From positions 320,001 to 384,000 of the forward strand of contig CAVTBV010000013.1 in NCBI GenBank assembly GCA_963733095.1: DNA of 64,000 bases, in the 5' to 3' direction. Of this stretch, positions 38,638 to 48,795 are shown in pieces. The DNA is from Candidatus Bathyarchaeota archaeon. GTDB taxonomy: Archaea > Thermoproteota > Bathyarchaeia > Bathyarchaeales > Bathycorpusculaceae. Below the pieces are notes generated by a model, which saw only the letters and a program-made list of their open reading frames with translations, did not search any database and was not told the DNA's origin. Every line of letters starts with the position of its first letter. The first letter of the stretch is position 1. Position numbers and translations under genes: made by a program.

Positions 38638-41409
38638 ATGGCGGCGCAGTGGCACAGCAAAACAACTGAAGAAGCTCTAAGCGAACTTGACGTTACCAGC
38701 AAAGGATTATCTACACGACAAGCCCAAGAACGCCTAAAAACAACGGGACCAAACGAGCTTAGGAAAGAAAAACAAAAATCAATCCTCAAACTTCTGCTCG
38801 ACCAATTCACGGACATTCTAATGGTTATCTTGCTAATAGCGACTGCACTTTCGGTTGCTGTTGGAGAAGTAACCGACGCTATCATTATTGTAGCTATAGT
38901 CATTGCGAGCGCAGCTTTAGGCTTCACCCAAGAGTACCGCAGTGAAAAAGCAGTTGAAGCTCTCAAAAAAATGACGGCGCCCACTGCCAGTGTTCTTCGT
39001 GACGGAAAAGAAACCAAGATTCCAGCAAGTCAACTGGTTCCTGGAGACATAATTTTTCTCTACACCGGAGATAAGGTTCCTGCTGATGCTAGGCTTCTTG
39101 AAGTTTATACTATGAAAACTGATGAAGCCTCATTAACTGGGGAATCTACACCCGTTGGTAAATCAGTCACTGTAATGGCTGAGCAGACACCGCTAAATGA
39201 CAGAACTAACTTGGTTTTCACTGGAACGGTCGTTGTTTATGGAAGAGGCAAAGCAGTTGTCACTTGTACTGGCATGAATACAGAGTTTGGCAAAATAGCT
39301 GAGATGGTTCAAGCTGCCCCCCAAGAGGAAACACCTTTGGAAAAACGCATGGGCAGTGTAGGTAAATGGATAGGCATTCTTTGTGTTGTTGTTGCTTTGA
39401 GTGTTGGAGTTATCGGGATTGTTGTTGAGCATCGTTCTGTTGTTGATATGGTTCTTTGGGCGATTAGCCTTGCGGTTGCCGCGGTTCCTGAGGCGTTACC
39501 TGCCATCATCACAGGAGCTCTTGCCATTGGTATGTACCGTATGGCTAAAGTGAACACTATTGTCAAACGGTTACCAGCCGTGGAGACGCTTGGGAGCACC
39601 AGCGTTATATGCAGCGACAAAACCGGGACCATGACAAAGGGCGAAATGACCATTCAACGCCTCTACGTTAATAACCAAACAATCAAAGTAACAGGAATCG
39701 GTTATGATCCGAAGGGCGAATTTCAAATTGAGGATAAAGCAGTTATCCCCGATGACAACCTGAAGACTCTGCTCAAAGTTGCAGTTCTATGCAACGACTC
39801 AAACCTTCAAAAAGACGGACAAACGGGCAAGTGGACAGTAAAAGGTGACCCAACGGAGGGTGCGCTGGTAGTTGCGGCAGAGAAAGCAGGGATAAACAAA
39901 GAAGAACTGGAAAAGCTGGAGCAACGCGTTTCTGAAGTGCCGTTTTCTTCAGAACGAAAACGCATGACCACCATACATGTCGCTGAAGGCAAAAAAGTCG
40001 CTTACATGAAAGGTGCCCCTGAAATAATCTTTGAGCGGTGCAGCAAAATCTTTTTGGATGGAAAAGTACAGCCATTAACCGAAGAACTGCGTGAAAAACA
40101 CCGCAAAGTCACTGAAGATATGGCTTTGGGTGCCCTGCGAAACCTCGCTTTCGCATACAAAGAGCTGCCAGAGGGAATGGAACAGTTCGTCGAGGAAAAT
40201 GAGCAGGAATTTGTATTTGTCGGCATAATGGGCATGATAGATCCTCCTCGCCCAGAAGTCAAAGACGCCATAGGCATATGCAAGACTGCTGGAATACGCG
40301 TTGTCATGATTACAGGTGACCACAAACTTACTGCCGTAGCAGTCGCCAAAGAGCTTAACCTGCTAAGTGAAGATGAGCAAGATTGCCAGGTCTTGACTGG
40401 TCAGGAGCTTGAGGTGATGAGTAATGAGCAGCTTGCACAAGTGGTGGAGAAGGTGGTAGTTTATGCCCGAGTAGCTCCCGAACACAAAACGCGGATTGTT
40501 AAGGCTTGGAAACAGAAAGACGAAGTTGTCGCCATGACAGGGGACGGCGTCAATGATGCACCTGCGCTTAAAATGAGTGACATAGGCATCGCCATGGGCA
40601 TTTCAGGTACCGAAGTTACCAAAGAAGCCGCGGACATGGTTTTGGCTGACGACAACTTTGCCAGCATCGTGAAAGCTGTGCGGGAAGGCCGAGAAATCTT
40701 TGACAACATTAAAAAATACCTCGCCTACCTGCTTCAATGCAACATCATGGAAATTCTAGTTATGTTCTTTGCTGTTGTTAGTGTGCCTTTCCTTGCCCGC
40801 TTTTTGTCTCCCGGGTCAGACGCAGAATTGGTGAACAGTGCGGCAATTGCATTAACTGCAGTGCAGATTCTTTGGATTAACCTTGTAACGGATGGTTTAC
40901 CCGCCATCGCTTTAGGTGTTGACCCTGGAGACCCTGATTTGATGCAGCGTAAACCGCGTAAGCCCAAAGAGAGCGTATTTAGCAAAGATGTAAAGGTTTA
41001 CTTGAGCACGGTGCCTATTCTCATGACGGTTCTTTTGCTGGTGGCGTTCTTTTCTCATATGCCTTGGTTGAGCCAGTTTAGGCTACTTGAGGCTCGAACA
41101 CAATTACTTACCGCCATGATCGCTATGGAGTTAGCTGTAGCAATCTCCTGCCGCTCACTAAAGTACCCTGTATTCAAGGTTGGAGCCTTCAAGAACAAGT
41201 TCCTCTGGTATGCTGTCATCTCATCGTTTGTATTACAGCTGTTTATTCTATACGTGCCGGGCCTCCAGGTTCTTTTCGATATTCACTCACCTGAACTAAT
41301 CGACTGGGCAATTGCAGGGCTGTTTGCAGCTTTGGTCTTTACCTCTCTCGAAGTTGGCAAATACCTTACTTCAAGGAACAGAAACGTATCGGTTTCCAAA
41401 GCTTTATAA
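38638..41409 (+). CDS. P-type IIA (Ca2+-type) cation-transporting ATPase
   Basis: TGES, VPEALP, DKTGT, KGAPE, GDGVNDAP, INLVTDG. Confidence 0.95.
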   Translation: MAAQWHSKTTEEALSELDVTSKGLSTRQAQERLKTTGPNELRKEKQKSILKLLLDQFTDILMVILLIATALSVAVGEVTDAIIIVAIVIASAALGFTQEYRSEKAVEALKKMTAPTASVLRDGKETKIPASQLVPGDIIFLYTGDKVPADARLLEVYTMKTDEASLTGESTPVGKSVTVMAEQTPLNDRTNLVFTGTVVVYGRGKAVVTCTGMNTEFGKIAEMVQAAPQEETPLEKRMGSVGKWIGILCVVVALSVGVIGIVVEHRSVVDMVLWAISLAVAAVPEALPAIITGALAIGMYRMAKVNTIVKRLPAVETLGSTSVICSDKTGTMTKGEMTIQRLYVNNQTIKVTGIGYDPKGEFQIEDKAVIPDDNLKTLLKVAVLCNDSNLQKDGQTGKWTVKGDPTEGALVVAAEKAGINKEELEKLEQRVSEVPFSSERKRMTTIHVAEGKKVAYMKGAPEIIFERCSKIFLDGKVQPLTEELREKHRKVTEDMALGALRNLAFAYKELPEGMEQFVEENEQEFVFVGIMGMIDPPRPEVKDAIGICKTAGIRVVMITGDHKLTAVAVAKELNLLSEDEQDCQVLTGQELEVMSNEQLAQVVEKVVVYARVAPEHKTRIVKAWKQKDEVVAMTGDGVNDAPALKMSDIGIAMGISGTEVTKEAADMVLADDNFASIVKAVREGREIFDNIKKYLAYLLQCNIMEILVMFFAVVSVPFLARFLSPGSDAELVNSAAIALTAVQILWINLVTDGLPAIALGVDPGDPDLMQRKPRKPKESVFSKDVKVYLSTVPILMTVLLLVAFFSHMPWLSQFRLLEARTQLLTAMIAMELAVAISCRSLKYPVFKVGAFKNKFLWYAVISSFVLQLFILYVPGLQVLFDIHSPELIDWAIAGLFAALVFTSLEVGKYLTSRNRNVSVSKAL

Positions 41410-41456
41410 AAAAGAATGCTGAATTCACTTAAAACATTAAAATCGGGGAAACATAA

Positions 41457-42047
41457 ATGAGTATTACAGAAAAATTAGCTAATCCTGCACCACTCGGACT
41501 CCTAGGCTTTGGACTGACAACTGTACTGCTGAACCTAGTTAATGCTGGCGCATTTCCACTTGATACAGTAATTCTAGCAATGGGCATAGCTTACGGTGGT
41601 ATAGCACAGATTATTGTTGGCGTCATGGAATTCAAAAAAGGCAACACCTTCGGCACAGTCGCATTTCTTTCTTACGGCTTGTTCTGGTGGAGTCTTGTCA
41701 TGCTTCTGCTTCTACCTAACCTCACAGGCTTCACAGCTCCCTCTACCTCTTCCTTGGCAGCTTACTTCATCATGTGGGGCATCTTCACTCTCGGCATGTT
41801 CTTCGGAACCCTCAAAGCCAACCGCGCCCTACAATTCGTATTCGGTAGCCTCTTCATCCTGTTCTTCATGCTGGCAATAAGAGAGTTAACTAATAACCCA
41901 GTCCTGTCCGGATCCATAACATTCAACACATTCGTAGGAATCGAAGGCGTCATCTGTGGTGCAAGTGCAGTGTACCTTGGCTTAGCAGAAGTTCTAAATG
42001 AAGCTCACTCAAAAACAGTTCTGCCAATCCTGCCAGTCAAAAAATAA
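41457..42047 (+). CDS. satP: Acetate uptake transporter (SatP/YaaH/GPR1-FUN34)
   Basis: [13 protein letters not shown] signature; GNTFG..YGLFW. Confidence 0.92.
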   Translation: MSITEKLANPAPLGLLGFGLTTVLLNLVNAGAFPLDTVILAMGIAYGGIAQIIVGVMEFKKGNTFGTVAFLSYGLFWWSLVMLLLLPNLTGFTAPSTSSLAAYFIMWGIFTLGMFFGTLKANRALQFVFGSLFILFFMLAIRELTNNPVLSGSITFNTFVGIEGVICGASAVYLGLAEVLNEAHSKTVLPILPVKK

Positions 42048-42234
42048 ATCTTCCAACATTTCTTTTTTATTTTTTATTCAATCTTAAAACTTCTAAGAAG
42101 AATGCATATCAAAAAGCGTGAGCATCTCATTAATGTAAAAACTGCTTAATCGTTTTTGTTTTATGCGTTTTAGTTGAAAAAACTTATATTCTTAGCGGCT
42201 CACTCTTCCCAGCATCTATAGGAAATGATAGCAC

Positions 42235-44196
42235 ATGTCAGACAGTTTACCTTTCAATGAGAAATACAGTCCAAGTATTGCAAAGTTTTCTTCTGGAGAA
42301 ATACGTAAAGCTGAATGGGAAAAATCTATAAAGAACCCGCAAGAGTTCTGGGCAGAAAAAATGAAAGCCATTGACTGGTTTAAGGCTCCAACAAAAATTT
42401 TGGATGACTCAAACCCGCCATTCTTCAACTGGTTCCCCGACGGAGAACTCAACATAAGCTACAATGCTCTCGACCGCCACGTAAAAACCGCACGCAAAAA
42501 CAAACTCGCCTACATTTGGGAAGGCGAAATGGGCGAAATAAAAACTTACACTTACTACCAACTATACCGTGAAGTAAACAAACTCGCAAAAGCACTAAAA
42601 GACCTCGGCGTCAAAAAAGGTGACCGTGTCGCAGTCTTCCTGCCAGTCATCCCAGAGTTGCCTATCGCGTTGCTAGCAACCGCAAGAATCGGAGGAGTCC
42701 ACACAGTAGTCTTCTCTGGCTTTAGCGCTGAAGCACTAGCAGACCGAGTTAACGATTGTGAAGCAAAAATCCTCATAACTGCAGACGGCTCTTTCCGCAG
42801 AGGCAAACCAGTCGGAATAAAAGACAATGCAGACAAAGCAGCACCATTGATGCCGAATATCGAAAAAGTCATCGTTGTCAAACGCACAGGCCAGCCAATC
42901 CAAATGAAGGATGGCAGAGACGTTTGGTACCACGACGCATTGACAGCAGCAGGCGCAGGCGCTTACGTTGAACCTGAACATATGTTGGCAACCGACCCAC
43001 TGTTCATTCTCTACACTTCAGGAACCACCGGCAAACCAAAAGGCGTACAACACGGCACAGGCGGATACCTCGTTTGGGCTTATTGGACCCTTAAATGGGC
43101 ATTCAACCCCACAGACGAAGACATCTACTGGTGCGTTGCAGACATCGGCTGGATCACTGGTCACACATACAACGTTTATGCGCCATTGAGCCACGGCATA
43201 ACCGCGTTCCTCTTCGAAGGCACACCTGACTTCCCCGCACAAGACCGCTGGTGGAGTATGATTGAAAACCACGGCATCACCATACTCTACGGCACACCAA
43301 CCGCAGTTAGAATGTTCATGAAATTCGGTGAAGAATGGGTTAACAAACACGATCTCAGCACTCTACGCTTACTCGGCTCAGTCGGCGAAGCCATAAACCC
43401 CGAAGCATGGAAATGGTACTACCGGGTCATAGGCAAAGAACGCTTACCAATAATCGACACCTGGTGGCAAACCGAAACCGGTGGATTCATGATTTCCCCC
43501 GCAGCAGGCATAGAACTCACGCCACTAAAACCAGGTTCAGCCACGCTTCCTTTGCCAGCAGTTAACGCTGACATATTCGACGAAAAAGGACAATCAGTGC
43601 CACAAGGAACCAAAGGCTACCTAGTGATAAAGTCACCTTGGCCAGGAATGCTACAAACAGTCTGGAAAGACCCGGACCGCTTCAAACAAACATACTTCGG
43701 CAAGTGGCCAGGAATCTATTATGTCGGCGACTATGCAATCCGGGACCCTGACGGATACTTCTGGTTACTTGGCAGAGCAGACGAAGTCCTCAAAGTAGCG
43801 GGACACAGAATCGGCACCGTCGAACTCGAAAGTGCATTAGTCTCACACCCAGCAGTATCTGAAGCAGCAGTCATGGGCAAAGAAGACGTAGTTAAAGGCG
43901 AAGTCCCAGTGGCATTCGTAGTGCTACGCAGCGGATTCACACCCTCAGATGAACTTAGAGCAGAACTCATAAAACACGTTAGAACTACAATCGGTCCAAT
44001 AGCAACTCCAGACGCCGTAGTAATCGTTGCCAAGCTACCTAAAACTCGCAGCGGCAAAATCATGCGCAGACTCCTCAAAGCAGTCCTAACTGGAGCACCA
44101 CTCGGCGACACATCCACAATCGAAGACGAAGGCAGCATCGAAGACATCAAAGCAACATATGCAGAACTACGAAAACAACTCGAAAAGAAACAATAA
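42235..44196 (+). CDS. acs: Acetyl-CoA synthetase (AMP-forming)
   Basis: YTSGTTGKPKG, ADIGWITGH, DTWWQTETG, PKTRSGKIMRR. Confidence 0.96.
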   Translation: MSDSLPFNEKYSPSIAKFSSGEIRKAEWEKSIKNPQEFWAEKMKAIDWFKAPTKILDDSNPPFFNWFPDGELNISYNALDRHVKTARKNKLAYIWEGEMGEIKTYTYYQLYREVNKLAKALKDLGVKKGDRVAVFLPVIPELPIALLATARIGGVHTVVFSGFSAEALADRVNDCEAKILITADGSFRRGKPVGIKDNADKAAPLMPNIEKVIVVKRTGQPIQMKDGRDVWYHDALTAAGAGAYVEPEHMLATDPLFILYTSGTTGKPKGVQHGTGGYLVWAYWTLKWAFNPTDEDIYWCVADIGWITGHTYNVYAPLSHGITAFLFEGTPDFPAQDRWWSMIENHGITILYGTPTAVRMFMKFGEEWVNKHDLSTLRLLGSVGEAINPEAWKWYYRVIGKERLPIIDTWWQTETGGFMISPAAGIELTPLKPGSATLPLPAVNADIFDEKGQSVPQGTKGYLVIKSPWPGMLQTVWKDPDRFKQTYFGKWPGIYYVGDYAIRDPDGYFWLLGRADEVLKVAGHRIGTVELESALVSHPAVSEAAVMGKEDVVKGEVPVAFVVLRSGFTPSDELRAELIKHVRTTIGPIATPDAVVIVAKLPKTRSGKIMRRLLKAVLTGAPLGDTSTIEDEGSIEDIKATYAELRKQLEKKQ

Positions 44197-44335
44197 AAAC
44201 AACCTTCTTTTCTTTTTCTTAATTTTTTTTCATTTCTTTTTGTTGAACCATTTTCTGTTGCTGTAACTCCGCAACCACAACAGTTTATTTTCTTCTCCAA
44301 GAGAACTGTATCTTAGTAAATTTCTTGGTGACTTT

Positions 44336-44738
44336 ATGAGAAAGAATTACTTTTTGAAGGAAAAGAAAACACAAGCTCAATTAACTTAAAAGAATTCAAC
44401 CCAAAAGGCGCTATGCTCTACAGAACCCTCACCGGAAAAATCAGCGGCAAAGCCTAAGGCTTCATCATGTTCACCCACAACATGTTCATGAAGATAGGCG
44501 GCACAAGCGAAGTCGAAATTAAATCAATCACCTTCAGAGAAGGCAAACCCATCTTCGCTATGGGCAAAGCAAACGGAAAGTTCATAGACCCCACCCCCAT
44601 CGGAAAAATCGATGGGTCCCTAACCTTCCAGACCCCCAACCAAAACTCGTTGACCTCAACACAACCAAGGGGCAATCAGAAGCCCTCTACAACAATGCAA
44701 CAGGCGAATACACCTTCAAAATCTACGCCCAAAAATAA
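44336..44738 (+). pseudogene. Decayed gene (two frameshifts and an internal stop)
   Basis: Stitched reading: KELLFEGKE..TGKISGKA*GFIMFTHN..LTFQTP / KLVDLNTTKGQSEALYNNATGEYTFKIYAQK*; GGTGA SD before ATG 44336. Confidence 0.6.
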
Positions 44739-45564
44739 CAAAGTATTAACTCAAAAAATAAACCTGCAACAAATCTTCCATTTTAATTTTGCTGACTACT
44801 TGTTTCAGCCGTAATAGTTAGGAATTATCATTTTGCAACCACACATAAGTCATTCGACTTAAGATTTCTATTAAATTCACTTTAGTTGGTAGGCGCATAA
44901 GTCACAGATTTAAGCGGCATTTTGGACAACACTCAACGCCGCCACCACCAATTCCATCACAAGCATCACAAGGACGAGATAGATTAACTATAGCGGTTTT
45001 TGTTGTTTAAACATAATTTAAAGCAAGAGTTGAAAAGATACCTTTAGAAGTGGAGGGTTTAGTGAATGTTTCCCATTATTTGCTTGGATTTTGCTCATTC
45101 GTCTTAGTTTTTGGTTGTTTTTTGTGCATAAAGTAGAGGTAGATGCCGCCGTAGTAGCTTTGGTTTTCAAGTTGGGTTTTTTGGCTGTTCATGTTTAGTG
45201 CCTGATAGCAGGTTACCGTTAATGCTAGATAATGTTTTTTGAGAATATTAATCTGCGAATTTGCGAAGTAGCGTTTGCTTGCTGTGAATTGGGCTTTGCT
45301 TGTTTTAGCAACTTTGTTTTTTGTGTGGAGGATTTGTGTTTTTGTTGGTTAGTCAAGGACTTTTTACTGAGTTTAGTTAAGAAATCTGCCGAGTTAACCC
45401 TGAGCAGATGCGGTAGCTTTGGGGTTTAGGCTTTTTTGTTCCTACTCAATAACAAAATCAAAGAAAAAATGAGGGTTAAAAACTGTTGAGTGGGTTGGGT
45501 AATCCGCCTGTTCCGATGCCAATCAAGGACAAAATGAAGCCTATGATAAAAATGACTATGTCAG

Positions 45565-46680
45565 TTAGAAGCGGAACTTGTGGCCCTTTGATTGCACGTC
45601 GGTGCCGAATTCCTTTGCCAACTGCTCCAAAAGCGCCCTCTGTGAACCTGTCAGCTTCTCTGGAACATATATGCTTATGCGTACCTGCAAGTCGCCTTTG
45701 CCGTAACCTCGAAAACGCGGCATACCCTTACCCCGCAACGTTATGGTTTCGCCCGGCTGGGTTCCAGGATGCACTTTAACAGTTACTGGTCCATCAAGCG
45801 TGGGCACCGAAATTTCTGCTCCCAAAGCCGCCTGAGGATAATAGATGATAGCTATATGCCAGAGGTCGTCTCCTTCTCGCAGGAACTCCGGATGCTGCCT
45901 AACATGAACGACGACGTAGAGGTCTCCCGGTTCTCCGTCGGCGCTGGTCATGTCGCCTTCACCCCTGAGCCGAAGCTGGTAGCCTTCGTCGATGCCCATT
46001 GGGATTTTCACGGTGATTTTGCGTCGTTTACGAACGAGTCCTGAGCCGTGGCAGTTGGTACAGGGGGAATCGATGATTTTGCCTTTTCCTTTGCATGTGG
46101 GACAAGCAGAAACTTGCACATATGTGGCAAAGCCTGCTTTGCGCATGTTCTGGATTTTTCCTGCTCCGCCGCATCGGGGGCAGATTTTGGCTGATGTACC
46201 GGGGGTTGCTCCTGAACCGCCGCAGACCTCACATCGCTCAGTCCGAGGGATTTCGATTTCTTTCACGGTGCCTTTTGCAGCTTCTTCCAAGGTGATTTCC
46301 AAGTTGAACGCGAGGTCCTGTCCTCGATTATGCTCCTCAAAACCGCCGAATCCTCCGCCGCCAAAGAAACTGCGGAACAAATCTCCAAAACCCATATCGC
46401 GGAAAACTGAGTCAAAGTCTGCTCCACGGAAAATATCCTCTGAAGTATAGCGCTGGTCAAAGCCTTGGTGACCAAGGTTGTCGTAGGTTTGCCTTTTTTG
46501 GTCGTCAGACAAAACAGCGTAGGCTTCACTGATTTCTTTAAACCTCTCTTCAGCGCTTGCATCCTTGTTTCGGTCAGGATGAAACTGCATGGCGAGTTTC
46601 CTGTAGGCGTCTTTGATTTCGTCTTTGGATGCGCCTTTTTGTACGCCAAGAACCTCATAGTAATCTCGTTTTTCAGCCAT
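45565..46680 (-). CDS. dnaJ: Chaperone DnaJ
   Basis: HPD J-domain, G/F region, four CxxCxGxG repeats. Confidence 0.97.
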   Translation of the reverse strand: MAEKRDYYEVLGVQKGASKDEIKDAYRKLAMQFHPDRNKDASAEERFKEISEAYAVLSDDQKRQTYDNLGHQGFDQRYTSEDIFRGADFDSVFRDMGFGDLFRSFFGGGGFGGFEEHNRGQDLAFNLEITLEEAAKGTVKEIEIPRTERCEVCGGSGATPGTSAKICPRCGGAGKIQNMRKAGFATYVQVSACPTCKGKGKIIDSPCTNCHGSGLVRKRRKITVKIPMGIDEGYQLRLRGEGDMTSADGEPGDLYVVVHVRQHPEFLREGDDLWHIAIIYYPQAALGAEISVPTLDGPVTVKVHPGTQPGETITLRGKGMPRFRGYGKGDLQVRISIYVPEKLTGSQRALLEQLAKEFGTDVQSKGHKFRF

Positions 46681-47073
46681 GAAGGTTGCCCTGAAATATT
46701 TTTTTTAATGCCTTTATAAGGATGCACAAGACTGTAATTTATACCATTTCCCCTGTTTCGGCGATTTTTTGGGGTGAATGGTTTTTTATGGGTTGTCTTT
46801 GTGGGGGTTATTGAATATGGAATTTGGTCTTTTTTCTTTCTTTTTAGGCAGTTTCTATATTGCGCAGGAGTTTTCGAGTTTGCTGATGGATTTGTAATAG
46901 CCATACCAGCCTATCAGCTTTAAGGAAAATGGGGTCAAGATTAAAAAAGCAAACTAAAACTCAGTAATCTCAGGTAAGCTTTGGATTTGTTCTCTTATCG
47001 CTAACTTCAACTTCCGACTTTTCGATGCGGTGAAAAGTGTTAAAACAAGCTCTTTTGAGAAAAGTTTGTGGGT

Positions 47074-47301
47074 TTAGTTGCCGTTCGGATGAAGGTATCT
47101 AAGTCGGGCATCTGGATTTTGATATTGCACAGATGGGCCTTCTTTCCACAATGAGTTATATATGCTTTGAAATTCTTGACTTGAAAGTCTTTTTTGTTTT
47201 TCGATCTTGCTCACAGCTAGAGCTATTTTCTTATTATCATTGCTGTCTAAGGCTTCTTTGTTTTTTAGAGCGTTGAGCAATCTTTTTTTGAACATGGACA
47301 T
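47074..47301 (-). CDS. Hypothetical small protein
   Basis: 75-aa ORF directly after a 45-aa ORF (47305-47442). Confidence 0.5.
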   Translation of the reverse strand: MSMFKKRLLNALKNKEALDSNDNKKIALAVSKIEKQKRLSSQEFQSIYNSLWKEGPSVQYQNPDARLRYLHPNGN

Positions 47302-48674
47302 CCCTCATCTTGTCAACAAACGTTGACGTTTTGACAGGCATTTTGGCTTTGGAACTGGCATTCCAAAACTTTTCTCAAGTGCCATCCTGCACTGTTCTGC
47401 AAAATCCGATTCTTTTTCATCTGCTTTGGTTCTTGGAATCATTTAACTCATCTTGTTAAAGGAGTTTAGTTTGTTTAACATAAAAGACGTGTTTCACTTT
47501 GGGACTCATTATTGTTAAAAAATTATTAAGCGGTGTGAAAATATATCAAAAAATAGACAGTGTCATCATTTCAAGCAAGTTAGTTCACTTTCACTACCTC
47601 GTTTTCGATAACGCTTTACCTTTTTTCCGTATTTGTAATACTTTAATTTGAGAATAAAGGCTTTAAAAAATGAAGGCATTATAAAGTCGAAGAGGGCCAT
47701 TAATGGAAGGAAAGGCGGCAGTAGCTCTCCTGAAAGAAATGTCTGCTGAAAATTTAAGTTTTCTTGGATAGTATTGCAAGAAAAAAACTTGGAGACTTCC
47801 AACTCCAAATAAACTGTAACTACGACTCCAAAGCTACGCATCTCCCGCAAAACCCTCATTTCTTATTTAAAGGAAAGTCTAACAAAGCATTCAATACTAA
47901 AATTATAAATCGAATTAGCGCACCAGAAGCCTCAGCAACCCCCTCAACCAGTTACTTTGAGGAATCGCAAATTTTATTTCCTTGTATCTAAATAGCAAGT
48001 TATTGTTGTCTTGTTTGTGTTGTCTAAGTGGCCTACCATCTATAGCAGTTGCTGGGTTGTCCAATTTCAGCTAAAGGGGCAAACGAAAGATTCAAGAAAG
48101 TTAGCAAAATCGATGCCCTCAAACAAATCATGGGTGTCTGGGGAATGAACCTGGATGAACTTTTGACAAGAAAAGCCACAGTCAATCCGAATGCAGCAGA
48201 TATGGGACATTACAGGTACGAATACAACCAAATCTGTCAACTAATTATAGAATTAAAGCACCAGATGATAAAGAAAATCTCAGAGGGATAAAAATGGTAT
48301 ATATAAAAGAAAAAAAGAATGAGCTGCAGCTTTAGGCTATTTTACTTTGTAGTAACCTTGCTCCAGCCTATCACTCATACTTTTCCACCTTTTTCTCATT
48401 ATTTTAAAGGTGGTAGTCTATTTTGGTCTAGCCTTCGGCTATCGACATCGACATTAACTTGTTTCGTGTTTTTGCGATCTTCCTTTTTTTTAGAGTTTCC
48501 ACTGATGTATCTACTTAGTACGCAATGAATTGGATTTAGACTTACAGCAAATTGGATGAGTCAGGCATAAAATGTTCTGGAACCTACTTCAATATTCTCA
48601 CATAAATTTAGATTTCTACCCATAAAACCCTCAGAATTTTTCATACCAAAAAAATTGATTATCACTTTTTATGG

Positions 48675-48704
48675 TCAGTGACCACTTGCCACGCAGTCTT
48701 ATAA
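48675..48704 (+). promoter_or_regulatory. Conserved 30-bp promoter motif, copy 3
   Basis: tcagtgaccacttgccacgcagtcttataa. Confidence 0.85.
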
Positions 48705-48795
48705 ATTAAATCCTCACACAGTCCAAGAGAGTTGACTAAAACAAATCTCAAAACAATTTGTTTAAGTAAACTAAAGTTAATGGAGAAAAATAAAA

